From Lenisia limosa (Eukaryota; Protista; Breviatea): DNA of 44,904 nt. The stretch covers positions 1 to 44,904 of the forward strand of contig LPNZ01008668.1 of NCBI GenBank assembly GCA_001655205.1. The letters run 5' to 3'. Below are positions 24,893 to 37,000 of the stretch, piece after piece. The notes under the pieces were generated by a model. The model was not told where the DNA came from. It worked only from the letters and a program-made list of their open reading frames with translations, and did no database searches. Both the position numbers and the translations under genes were made by a program. Within the stretch, counting starts at the first letter, position 1. Every line of letters begins with the position of its first letter.

Positions 24893-27489
24893 ATGCGTAA
24901 AGTGTTGTGCATATATTTCCAACTGCGTTATTGGTCATCTTCAGCTCCTGCCGCCCCACTCGTGTACCTCTTTCAAACACAGGATGGTCACATTGCTGTT
25001 TCTGGAAGTGGAGTACCAGAGCCAAAGAAAGTCGTTTTCCCAAAAATCAAGCCCCTTCCAATAGTCGAATACCCAAAGGTAGGGGATAAATAGATGGCAG
25101 TTTTATCAATTATTAGGAGCCAGAAATTGGACGGCCTGACTACTCTTCAGAAGAACCCATTTCATTTAGGTTTTTGCCTTCTTTCAATTTATTTCTTTAG
25201 TCCTTCCAATAATCATCCTCTTTCCGAAAGCAATATACACATCTCTTGTTTTGCACCTCAACTGGTCTCGGATACTTCCCTTCCGGAAGCACAGCCCCCA
25301 ACTCGAATTGAAAATGCCCTATTAAAGACAGAGATTGAGGTTGCCTTTTTGGTTTTTGTTTGACACAGTAGACAATACCAGAAAAACAGCGCAAACTACT
25401 GAGAGAATCTTACAATGTCATCCAACATAGCCTCAATACTTTTACAGCAGAAAAGAGGTAAAGCATTTTCTATCATCTTATTTGTAAGACAATCAAGTGA
25501 AAGCGTTTTGGCTACTTTTTGCAGTAAGCGATGTTCTCTGTATTATTGTTTTACTGTTTAAATAATTCTTTCAGACGATGAAGAAGATGACCCACTTGAA
25601 GTTTTGAATTTCATTGAAAAGCAAGCAAAAAAGATGGCAAAAAAGAATGACCCAGCAGTTGAGGAAGAAAAATCTGTAAGGATTCAGCTTATTTTTCAAG
25701 TAATCTGACCCAATAGAAACTGATACAATCGGAGGCATCAAACGGTTTAGATATCGAAAAGGTGATTGGCAAAAGCAATCTGATCATTTAGATTCGAGAG
25801 ACTATAAACCCTTTCATCAAGCCGCCGAAGTTTCTTATTGACTACCAAACTGGTTATATTCATAGAGCAATCTTTCAATCAGTAGGATAGAGTGCATGGT
25901 AACCACAATGTAGATTTCAGCCCGTGCAATCACAGCTCTTTCATGTGGTGCCTTGTTTGTTGGTGAAACCTCTGAAACGGAAATAGCGTTAACAGCAAAC
26001 TCAAAGGTAAGGTTTTCCCAACTTATTATCCTTCAGAGTGAACCGATTGTATTGAGACTGTGTAACCCTCATCATCTTTCCCAAGTATGTTGTTCAACAC
26101 TATTCACCTGGCAGACACGACTTTCGATCCCAAGTTTGGAAGATTACAAGGAATCTGCAGTAATTTCTTCACTTATTTTCTGTGCTCTCAATCATTGGAG
26201 GTATATTTATTTTATTTCTCTTTGAACTTTTTTAATCTTACAGAAGACCAACCTTTCCGAAATCCAATTGTCCTCTCTGCGGCTCAGTTTCAGGGCCTTT
26301 ACAAAACGTAAAGTTGACCAATTGAGATATACTGATAATTTCAGGATTCGAAGCCGATAAGTGGAATGCTATTTACCCTCTTGAATATTATTTCGTATTT
26401 GGGTATAAGTAAAGTTAAAATGACATTCTTTTTTTTATTTGCTCACCCCCAAGGCATTGGCGGTCCAAAAACTCAATATATGCAGCTCTGAAAGCAATGG
26501 TATGAGTTATTTGTCCTGACATCCCAGTCTTTGACGTTCCCATCTCTGAGAGCTCAATGGCATCCTTCAGGAATCGCTGATTTGTCCATATTTTCATTGT
26601 GGTTCAAGAAGTCCTGTTTACGAATGAGTCTACATGGCTGCTCGCTGACATCCAACATCAGTCTCTGTGAGCTTCCTGCCAAACAATCAGTAGGCCCCCA
26701 GTTTGTTTAACTTTAGATTGTATCAAAAGCGGTGACTTCCTTGACTGAAAGTCTTCCTTCAAAGTTCCACAACGAATCTACTGATTGTGCGTTCACTTCC
26801 ATTGCTTTACATCCTAGATCCTCAGTCCACTCTTTTCACTGTCCTAACTGCAAATGAAATTGCTAACATTATCAAACAATGGTAGTTCTTTGAAAGGTTG
26901 CTGTTCTCACCATTAAGGATTTGTTCTTATCTTTGTTCAACTCTTATTCCTCTTGAACCAAGTTTGTTTTCCCTAAATATCTCACATTTTAGCACCCCTC
27001 TCTATTCCCCCTCCTGGTTACAAGACAGACGATCCTCTTCCACATGAGCTGTCCTCTCTTGTTTGTTTCCTTTACATTTTACACTGTTCAGGTCACTGTA
27101 ACTGCCGGAAATGGAATTGCCTCTCTCTATGTTAGAACTTCCAATGGTATTACAAAAAGTGTTGCTCCCCTGTATGCTCCTCTTTTTGTGATTTGTTTCT
27201 TTTGCTTTCTGCAATTCTTACCCAATCAGGATTGTGCATCTGAGTACAACATCATCAGGCCTTGCCTTCAAAACCATTTCATCTTCATGTGACATTAAGA
27301 GCCTTATGACCCCGGGGCTGTCTCGTCCGGACCCTGCAATTCCTGCACCATCACATTGCCCAACGCAAATCGTAAGCCGTCTCTCTTTTAACTCTTCAGG
27401 AAAAGTTCATTGATACCACTCCTGAAACTCTGGTGAAGACTTGGCAAGATATTATTGTCAGTCAACTTGAGGAATGGGAACTCATTTAA
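24893..27489 (+). CDS. Hypothetical multi-exon protein, weak resemblance to Mediator subunit Med17
   Basis: Exon chain PLVYLFQTQDGH...DDEEDDPLEVLNFIEKQAKK...WRSKNSIYAALKAMSLTFPSLRAQWH...WQDIIVSQLEEWELI*. The RS...P-x-L/I-x-A-x-W segment recalls the Med17 C-terminal half. Unverified. Confidence 0.5.
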
Positions 27490-28009
27490 ATTCTTCGCAA
27501 TGTGGATATTGCTTTTAAAGGGAATCTCATATATCAGCATGTCTGATAGTAATTTGTATTTTGATACAATTCACAATCCAAGAACATGTATATAGCTATT
27601 ATATTCACTCTAGATCCAAGTAAACTGAGACTCAAGCCCATCATCCTCATACTTCACAAAGATGTCTTATAAAGCGAAGCATACAGTTAGCTCTTCAGTT
27701 CTAAGATTTTGGAATTTTTTTTTGATTTTTTGGTGGTGTATTGAAACGCAAGTGAAACATTGAAACGAACGAGGATATGAGGTGAAGAGGCAATGAAGAG
27801 GTGAGTGTCGAGGGTGTAGTGGAACCAGTGGAACAAGAGCAAACCTTTGAGTATGATCAAGGATCTGGGGATTTTGAGAAGATAGAAGGACAGAAGAAAG
27901 AAGGTTAGAAGGTTAGTCGACGTCACACGACCACACGACGAAGTAGTTGTGTTGTTTTTTGAGGTTTAGAGAAGGGAGGGAGGAGATAAGGAGAAGAAGT
28001 AGTGGCAAG

Positions 28010-28473
28010 ATGATCTTCACAAATGATGAATTCCTCACCAAGCTTGAAGCACTCTATCAGAGAAATAGCACCGCTGGTACAGTCTTTTTAACAATTAAGC
28101 ATTCAAAAGGTGAGACAAGTGTTTTCTCACCATCCAAGTTGGACCTGAAGGTGCTCCTCAATGTATCGTTCGCGCATCTGACGGAAAACATGTCAAATTT
28201 TCAACACAGGTACTTCATAGGGTTATTTTCTTGATTTCATCTTCCAGGTTCAACATTCAAACCTTCCAAGATTTCAGGTTTGTTGGGGTTCTGTTTCTGT
28301 TTTTTGGGACCTTTTCATTGTTATTTTGAATCCAGCTGTTTGTCCTGAGTGTTAGTTTGATGCCGCTTATTTGGACACTGTTGACCTTGCTATAAACAGA
28401 TGCTTCCGGATTGGAGTAGTTGATGTGCCAATATCCCACCTACACTTTTTAGCGTTATTCTATGATAGTTTTT
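28010..28473 (+). CDS. SRP14: Signal recognition particle subunit SRP14 (last exon uncertain)
   Basis: Spliced MIFTNDEFLTKLEALYQRNSTAGTVFLTIKHSK|VGPEGAPQCIVRASDGKHVKFSTQ|VQHSNLPRFQ matches the SRP14 pattern (FLxxL..LF/Y...G(S/T)V(Y/F)LTxK...CL(L/V)RA(T/S)DGK...ST). Confidence 0.88.
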
Positions 28474-28842
28474 AATACTCTTATCATATCAATACTTCAA
28501 TATACGATAAACGCAGGGATTTTTGTTTGAAAATCAATCAATATCCACATATCTATTTAACTGCTCGTGTAATCCGGACCCTCAATGCTAAGATATGTAA
28601 TCTTGCATTCCTCAAAAAGTTAACGATATAATTCATTTTCATTTATTACATCATCAAACAATACTGAGGGTGCTTCTCCAAAGAAACCTCATTTGCCTCT
28701 TAGACCAGAGGATCTCTCCACCTGAGACCTTTTTCTATTGAGCCACTCTATAATCAGTTTTCCTTCGAGGACGTTATCAATATTTACGATAATATTATTA
28801 TTTAAAGCCTTTATGTCTGCAATTCTAACTCTCTCTATTCAT

Positions 28843-29140
28843 GTATGCTGGGGAGGCACGCAGAAAGCTGTGTGCACAAGGCAAATGATTTGGTGAATTA
28901 ATATTATACTATAATCCAATATCTCTTAGAAGCGTGATGGTGTGGACGACTTCGGCCAGATATATCTTTATATTTATTTCTCATTGCTATATATTCATGA
29001 ATCTAATCCTTAAAGGTATGCTGGGGAGGCACGCAGAAAGAGGTGTTAACAAATTACTATTATTCTATAATCCAATATATCTTATAATCGTGGCTTTGAC
29101 CGGATATAACCTTGTTTAATTTCTCATCTCTGCATACCCA
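28843..29140. repeat. Diverged tandem direct repeat, 173-bp period
   Basis: Identical 25-mer GTATGCTGGGGAGGCACGCAGAAAG at 28843-28867 and 29016-29040. Each copy is followed by CTATAATCCAATAT, a CC(A/G)GATATA block and ATTTCTCAT. Confidence 0.85.
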
Positions 29141-29596
29141 GATATATTTTTTTCTAACCTCTGAAGCGCGTTTTGTTTTCAACCCTCGTATATTGTATTT
29201 TTTAGCCGACAGAGTTTATTTGGGGGGTGGGGGTGGGTTCATTATTCATTTTCACTCACTCGCCCTAATTTTGTTTTGTTTTAACTGATCCGTCTAGGGA
29301 GTAATTGTGGTGGCTTTAAGCAATATCCGCCATGGAGAATCCTTTGACTATTTCTAATATACGCATTTTCTCAGATGTACCATATTCTTCAAAAACAGAC
29401 TATAAAGCAGCAAACTTGCAGATATTATTATTCTGAAAAAAGGGGAAAATCATCTTCCTGCGCATTTATTCTTATTATTTTAGAGCTCCTTCAACAACCT
29501 TACGACAGTAAAGACGGACAAGCTTAAATCAAAGAAGAAATAAACGTTTACCAATTTATTCATTTGAGATTGATAGCAGAGGCAGCAGCTCTCTGG

Positions 29597-32500
29597 TCAG
29601 TGTTTGGAAGTTGATATGAAGTCCTCGAGAGCGGAAACGAGAAGGTTCTTCTTGAACTTGATAGCAGTGTCAATTAGGCTTTTCGCCATTTTAACCTGTT
29701 CACTTGGTGCAACTTCTTTCAGACCATCTATCATTTGTTGTGCAACTGAATCGGTTAACAAAGAACAGCATTGGGCTTACCTTTATTACCACGCTGTCGA
29801 ACAAGCTTCACTAACTCCTTGTACTGCATGTTGGCAAGCTAAAAAGGTTAGTCTCAACGGTTTTTGTAGATTGCATTCAGCACGGGGATATTTTGGGATA
29901 ATTCTAAACTTCAAAAATCAGTCTTAATCTGTCCAGACGGAGTATTTACATATTATCTATTATATAATCAAATGATATGTTGACCCAAATCCACTTGTGG
30001 TATGATCACATGGCCGAGTTTTGAGTCGAGATGATATCATTGTAATGAAAATGACCAGATAGTGATATGATATCTTTTCTTGGACTTGAAATCTCACAGA
30101 TCCCGTTGATATGTGACCCACGTTTTACCCATTTTCCGATTAAAGGTGAACAAGGTTGAAGCTTACATTGGCGTCCACTCTGGGTCTAACTGATGGGGTG
30201 TTGGGGCTTCCAGGTCTTTTGAGGGAATCAACAGGCCGGATATTAAGTTCCTGACGTCCCTAAGAAAATGTTAAAACAGAAAGAGAGCACAAATCAGAGG
30301 AAACAAAGCTAACATCAGAGTTTAGCGGCTGCGGGGATGGCTGATTGGGGAATATCATGGACGGTGGTGCAGAAGAGGATCTTTGCTTTGGTTGACGACT
30401 AAGGATACAAAAAATAACCACTTAAAAATGTTTTATGAGAAAGTGAAATAACAGTCGCATACTTCCTGTGTATTGGACCGGGGCTCATTGAGCGACGCTT
30501 TTGCTTGATTTCTCGCTAGAAATAAGAGTGGCTTCAATTATCACAAACAGTCGCATGGCCTTCATCTATTTCTTCAAGGCTTGACTTGTTGTCGGATAGT
30601 CGATATGGGTTTCCGAAGCTGACTTTTTTCACACGAGGATCTACAGAATGACTGAAGAAAAAGAGTGTACCATCAGAAAACAGCCTTTAGGCCATGTTTT
30701 AGAGTATAGCTCACGATTTACATAAAAGAGAGCCTGTTTAGAACGTCTACCAAAAGCCCCCCTCCCCTCACCCACCATCATTAGATTGGTCAGCAGCCCT
30801 TCTCAGTGGTGGAGGTAAAGCAGATATTTTCTTTTGGTAGTTGCTCATTTCGGCAATTGGAACAATAGGAGCGGCTAAATCCATAAATTTGAGATGGTGT
30901 CTCACGGTCATTGTTTCTTGGAAGAATGGACTCAGTCTTCGGTAGCAGCTTGACCTGATGGTTCACCTTTAGAGGGCCTTCTCCAAATGACCTAAATGGA
31001 TATTACTCTTCAATGAATGTGTCATGAAGAAGAACCCAACAAACTGAGCTTTGAATGTCAAATTATCTTTGGAACTACAAAGTGAGAGGAGGAGTAACAG
31101 TAGGCTCACTTTGAGAAGAGCAAGGATTTGACACCTCTTTCAGATGTGTTGTGCTCAAAGTAATGCTAAAAAAAAAAGGTTAAACCAACCCAATATAGAA
31201 GCATACTTTGGTCCTAAAAGGAGGATTAATGGAATTTTGTTGGGGGTTCTGAGGCTTGCTCTCGGTAACAGTTTGAGTTGACGGTTGACACCTTCGCTCT
31301 TCTTCACGGCAATTGCGTTCAAAACTAAGTATTAATACACATGAAAAGAGAATACATTTTGAGTTCCTCCTGAACTCTTCTTATTTTCCTCAAAAGCTCT
31401 TCAGGCATTGACTTCATTGGCTTGGCGTCTCGAGTCAATGAGGGAATAACCTGCTTGACTCTATCACTCCAGAGGTTGAGTGCTGCATTCGTGATGAATA
31501 AATTCAAAAATTATTCAATTCAATAATAATAAAAAAAAGTAATTCTATACAAACTTCTGTCTGCTTTTTGCATATAACATTATTCAAAACCCTTAATACC
31601 TTGCAGGGTAACAGAAACGTAATAGGGAGGAAGAGTTGATAAATAATTATTGATTGCTCTTGCAATAGCCTCTTGGGAGATCTCGCGTTTGTGCCATTGG
31701 ACTAGAGAATAAAATGAAAACAAAACAAAAAATAAAGGTGATTAAGATAAGGTTGACATTTTCCCCCTCTCACTTAAATGTGGAAAGAGTTGTTCATAAT
31801 TATAAGGAGCCAAGACCAAGTAAACAGATGCTCTGATATTCGGATTATTTGGTCGAGATGCCATAACCCATCCAAAAGAAGCTCCTAAATCCATCTGTGA
31901 AGACCCAGGAATTGGACTCATGATGTGGACCTAAAGGACTTTAGCTGCACTAGGGTATATTACCTTCCACGCCTTTCCTCCTCCGGTTTGTAAGAGAGTT
32001 TCGGCAATTGGAGAACCCGCCTCCACTTCAATGTTAGTGAGCGGAAATGCGTTAGGCGGGATGGGCAGAAAGGGCTGACTTGAGTTGACGACAAGATGAG
32101 GCTTTGCTGAGCGTGGAGGCTACAACGTCATGAATCTGCAGAACCCACAATGCTAATTAAAGAGCTGTCGACAACGAAATTCTCTGGGATTGGCCATTTG
32201 ATATGTTGGTTCCCAGGAATATGGAGTAAAGTACTGCAGTTCAATCTTCTATCACTAACAGCAGACCACCTGGATAATCAGAAAAGTTGTTCTAATTGGA
32301 GTCTTACTTTGCAGTCACGGAGTCAGTCAGACGCTTCGAAATGGATTCACAGAACTGGTGAACATCTTTCATGGTCCTGATGAAGTAGTGCCGTCCTGAC
32401 GGTTGAATAGCCAATTTAACAATCTAACATAACACTATTGCTTAAAATGCTTATTTCTAATTCAATATTCACTTTCCCACGAAGACAATTTACATCCTAC

Positions 32501-33633
32501 CTAGTGTTGCTGTGCACATCGACAGAATTGGAGGGGAATCTGGACGCTGAGGAGAGAGTTCCTTGAAATGTAAAATTGATGAAGAGATGAAAGCAAATGA
32601 TAAAATAGAATCTGAACAACGCTTCCAAACATAACACATATCATATACATATCATATAGCTATGATATAGTATATTATATGTACTATATCATATAGTATA
32701 AGTGAGGTAACTTTAGAATGTCAAAGAAAAGAGGAAAATTAGAATGCTTGTGTAATAATATCTGTGTTAGTAAACGCCCACTATGTTGTGGAAAAACTAA
32801 ATTATTACCCAAGCATCTCACTTACCTTGACACCATGCCTTTGGCAAATGAAAGCAAATATTCTTTGGTCCCATCTGGATTTGTAAAGAACATGAGGTTA
32901 ACTATGGAAAAATAGTACAACTAAAAAAAAACTAACTCAAGAAAGCGTTTTATAGCAAATCACAAACCTGAATGGTTCTCTGAAGAAGTTCGCACCAGGA
33001 ACATTAGAAATAGGAAGGATCAACTGTTTGTGTTAGTGATTGTGAAAGAAGGAGCATACCTTGTTGGATACTGTGTATCGGTTCGTTATTGCGCCAGAAT
33101 CTGTGAAAACAATAATAGCTGCTGGAACTGAGTTGCAGATAAACCTTCCCTAAATAACTTAAGAAAGTGCCAAAATATTCTCATTTCCGTTTCCCTTTCC
33201 AACTTGAAGGATTTGGTCAATGTTGTCCATTAGCCGTCTCCTGTTGACAAAATCGAGGGCTTTTTGAATGGCAAAATCAACTGGAGCAATAAACCACAAG
33301 ACAAAGGACTAACTTGAGGTCATTTCACGCGCTTGTAGATTCCTCAATATTTGGAGGAACTCTTGAGGGTTTGCATCCCACCCAGACTAAGGTGTTCAAA
33401 AGAATTGGCAGTGAGGCAAACCTTCACAATTGCTGGACCCTCTCCACATGTAAACAAAAAGTGCCTGTCTTTCTCTCGTCCAATCATGCGAGATCGGTTC
33501 ACCAATTGTTCAACCTGAAACGTAAGAGAGTCAACTGGCTTACTCCTGCTTTTGCAAAATCGAGGTAAGACATGCCATTCTCTGCCGCCTGATTCATTGA
33601 CACTGAGGTGTCAACAACAAAAAGATAGAGCAT
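29597..33633 (-). CDS. INTS6: Integrator complex subunit 6 (VWA domain), multi-exon
   Basis: MLYLFVVDTSVSMNQ...SYLDFAKAG, REPFRWDQRIFA, NNYLSTLPPYY, VPIAEMSNYQ...PPPLR, KVSFGNPY and C-terminal IDTAIKFKKNLLVSALEDFI are all characteristic INTS6 motifs. Confidence 0.93.
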
Positions 33634-33904
33634 TTTTGACTATGTCTCTAGCTCTTGCAGACTTGCAGAGCCTTCCTTTCCTTCCAACTTTCTTTCTCAA
33701 TTTCTTCTCTCTTCCTTTATGGGAGTTCCAAATAGTGAAACATGTGCATATGGGTGTCTCAAATTCTCGAATATTGCTGGAAAAGGCTGGAAGGAAGAGC
33801 GGAAAAGCTGTGGATGGAGATGCCAAGACAAAAAGCCGGCAAGAACTTACATTAGTTACATGTGGGCTTCAAAATTAAATTCTAAAATTGAAAATTAAAA
33901 AATA

Positions 33905-33932
33905 GCCACCTCCCAATCCACACAACACTGCA
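33905..33932. promoter_or_regulatory. Candidate bidirectional-promoter motif GCCACCT(G/C)CCAA...CCACACAACACTGCA
   Basis: The same 15-mer is at 5691-5705. The core AACACTGCA is also at 15852-15860 on the minus strand. All three sites lie in head-to-head intergenic regions. Confidence 0.45.
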
Positions 33933-34018
33933 CAACACAAAATCAAACACTACCTACTGAAGCCACGCACTTGTGGTGTGATTAGACAGGGTGACTAGAT
34001 GTCAAGAAATACATAACT

Positions 34019-37000
34019 ATGCCCTTGTCGAGTAGGAGTCGCTCTGGTGCTGCCTTGTCGCCATCTGGAGATAGCCTTGCTATTTTAAGACAAAGAAGAA
34101 ACGAGATTCGTGGAAGAAGGCTTGCTGGACAAATTGGAAGACCGTTAGAAAACTCAACTTACTATCACCCTTCTTCCCCTTCTGTGGTTCATGAGCACCC
34201 AACTAAGGCAGTTCATCATGATGGCGATCAGAAAATCAGAGATATCCCTCCCCTTAAGCAAACACCGCAAACAGCAACCGTTCTCTCGCCTTCGCGGATC
34301 AAAACGATCCGCCTCCCGTCAAATCTCTTTATTGATTTAAACGACCATTCTGCGAAGTTAGCTTCAGCACCGCCAAGAGTTTTACCACCTGTTCAAAAGT
34401 GGCTTATTTCTCATGAGACGCCTCGCAGATTAACAAAAGTTGAAGTTCTTGACATCACACACCTCAGCTTGTCCGGCCATAGTGGTAGTGACTTCTCAGC
34501 TCTCGTTGATCTAACTGAACTCGTCAACTTGGATCTTTCTTCTTCAGTAGGATTAGGGGAATCTTAACATCAGGCATATTCTTTTCGTTTTTCTAAATTT
34601 TTTTATTATTATTATTATTTTTGACCGCTCGTTCAGCATTTATCTTCTCTTGAACTTCCCGTTCTCCGCACTCTTTCCACTTTAGATGTGACAAATAACC
34701 AGGTTTGTTTTATTAATTTTCTCCACTTCTTACATTATAGCTGAGCACAGTTCCAACATCACTTTCTTTACTCCCCTCTTTGACGGTTCTGAATTTGAGA
34801 CGGAATTGTGTTACGTCATTGAGCTCAGCTGTTCTGGTAAGATTAAGTGAAAGGTTCAATATGGTGTACTTTATTTGTACCGTTAACTTTGTTCAGTTAA
34901 ACCTGGCATCAACTTTGACAACCCTGTGTTTATCGCATAACCATCTCGAAAGCCTTGACGGTATCCAAGTCCTCAGCAATCTTCAGCAGCTCACTGCAGC
35001 GTACAATAAACTGACCGCAGTCCCTGAAATTGCCGATCTGAAACATCTGAGTATGAAAGATATCCTATGAATAACTTTGAAAGCATTGACTAAAACCTGT
35101 TGTTCATTGTTTTAGGAGACTTAAATTTGAACAACAACCTGATTACCCACCTTCCACCACGTATTGCATCAAGATGCCTACGTAAAGTATGTGTGGCTAT
35201 TGTAACTCTCATCGGATTAAGTTACAGAGTTATATTTTCAATACAGGGTATTTAATCTAAAGATTATGTAAATGTTCAAAGTTCCGTCCTTGATTTCCTC
35301 TTTAAGTCTCAAAATGTTGTAGGTTGGTTTTGTCTCCAATTTGATGACAACCCTACCGGAATGTCTGGAAAGTGTCGCACCCAACCTTGTTGCTGTGCTT
35401 CTAGCATCCAACCCATTAGCCCCCCCTCCGCTAGGTTTGTGAGCTTTTTGGAACACACAATATGAGTGTCACTGTGGTATCTCAACAATTTGATATTGTT
35501 TTTGGCTCCAATTCACCCCTTCTAGAATGCGAGGATTCCCATCCGGTCGTTCCAGCGTGGTTGCGAGATTTGAGCGAGGTAGGTACCAACAGAGTCTTCA
35601 GTGACCATTTAGTCCTGTATTTTGGATATTTCCGACTCGCCGCTCCATGAAGCCTTGTCGTTTGAGCTAGGTGTTAACCCTGAAATTTGCCTGGAGCGAA
35701 AGAGTATTGTCAAAGCCTGCACCGTTTGGTGGAGACCCTACGATAGGAAAATGGCAGAGTTGCAGCAAAAGAAAGTAATGAATGTAATTCTTGGTTATTT
35801 TTGTAGGCAAATGAGGAACGGCTTGACGCCGAAAAAGCCATGATCGCTGCCGAAGTTGAGACCCGTCTCCGAGCTGAAATGGACAAGGTCCTCCAAGAGC
35901 ATGAACAAGAAGTCAAACGCTTGAAAGAAAAAGCAGAAGAAGATTCAAAGTTAGTTGAGGAGGAGAGGCAGAAGCATGTTGAAATTATAGAAAAGGAGAG
36001 AAAGCAGAGAAATGATGAGGAAATAGAACGACAAAGAAGAAAACAAGAAATTTATGAAGGACAAAGAAGACGAAAAGAGGAAGAGAGATTATACTTGATG
36101 GAAAGGCGAAGCAAAGAAATGGCTGAACAAAAAAAGAGAGAAGAGAAGCAACAAAAGTGGGAGGAAGAAGTACGGAAAGGAATAAAGAGAAAAGGAGAAA
36201 AGGAGAAAAGAATTAGAGATGAAGAAAGAAGGGAGCTGCATAGACAGGAGGAGGAGGAAGCAAGAAAGTTGAGGGAAATGAGGAGAAAGGAAGAAGAAGA
36301 AGAAAGGAAGAGAAAGGAAGAAGAAAGAAGAAGACGAAGAGAAGAAGAAAGAAGAAGAAAAGAAGAAGAAATAATCAGAAGAAGGGAAGAAGAAAGAAGA
36401 GAGGAAGAGAGAAGAAGGGTTGAGAGAGAAGAAAGACGAAAAATAGAAGAGAACCAGAGAGAAGACGAAAGGAAGAGAAGAGAGAATGAGCTGAGGGAAG
36501 AGAGGAAGAAAGAGGAAGAAAGAATTTTGAGAGAGAAATTATTCAAAGAAAGAGAAGAGAGAATTAAGAAGGAGAAGGAAGAGAGATTCTACGAAGAGAT
36601 GATAAAAGAAAGAAGAATAAGACTGAACCAAGAGAAGGACGGCAAGGAAGTAGCCGACACCTATCGTCACAAGCCATCAAGTCCAATTGGAGTTTGGGAT
36701 AGCTTCGATCTTGTTGACAGTCCAAAGCAGCACAGTTCCCAAGGTAGGCCCAATATTGAGTACTTATTTTTAGTTCGCCATCCAGTGAGTCCAGGAGACA
36801 CTTTTGTTCCTGTCAACCCAGTCACACGAAGAGAAGCAATACAGGTTTGTTTTCATGTTGAAATGTTGATCCGACAGGGGTCATTGCGTATTCAAAAGAA
36901 AACAAAAGACCTTGAATCATACCTCTCGAATACCAATGAAGAAGTAGCTCTGAAGGTAGGAGTTCCGCCCCATTCCCCTGAATCTTTAGGGCCCGAGGCA

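Noticed and set aside
28843-29040. SRP RNA gene next to SRP14, or a CRISPR-like repeat
   Set aside because: No SRP Alu or helix-8 motifs. There are only two repeat copies 173 bp apart with related spacers, in eukaryotic context with no cas genes.
36052-36546. 164-aa Ser/Leu/Phe-rich minus-strand ORF
   Set aside because: Antisense shadow of the purine-rich ER/K tract.
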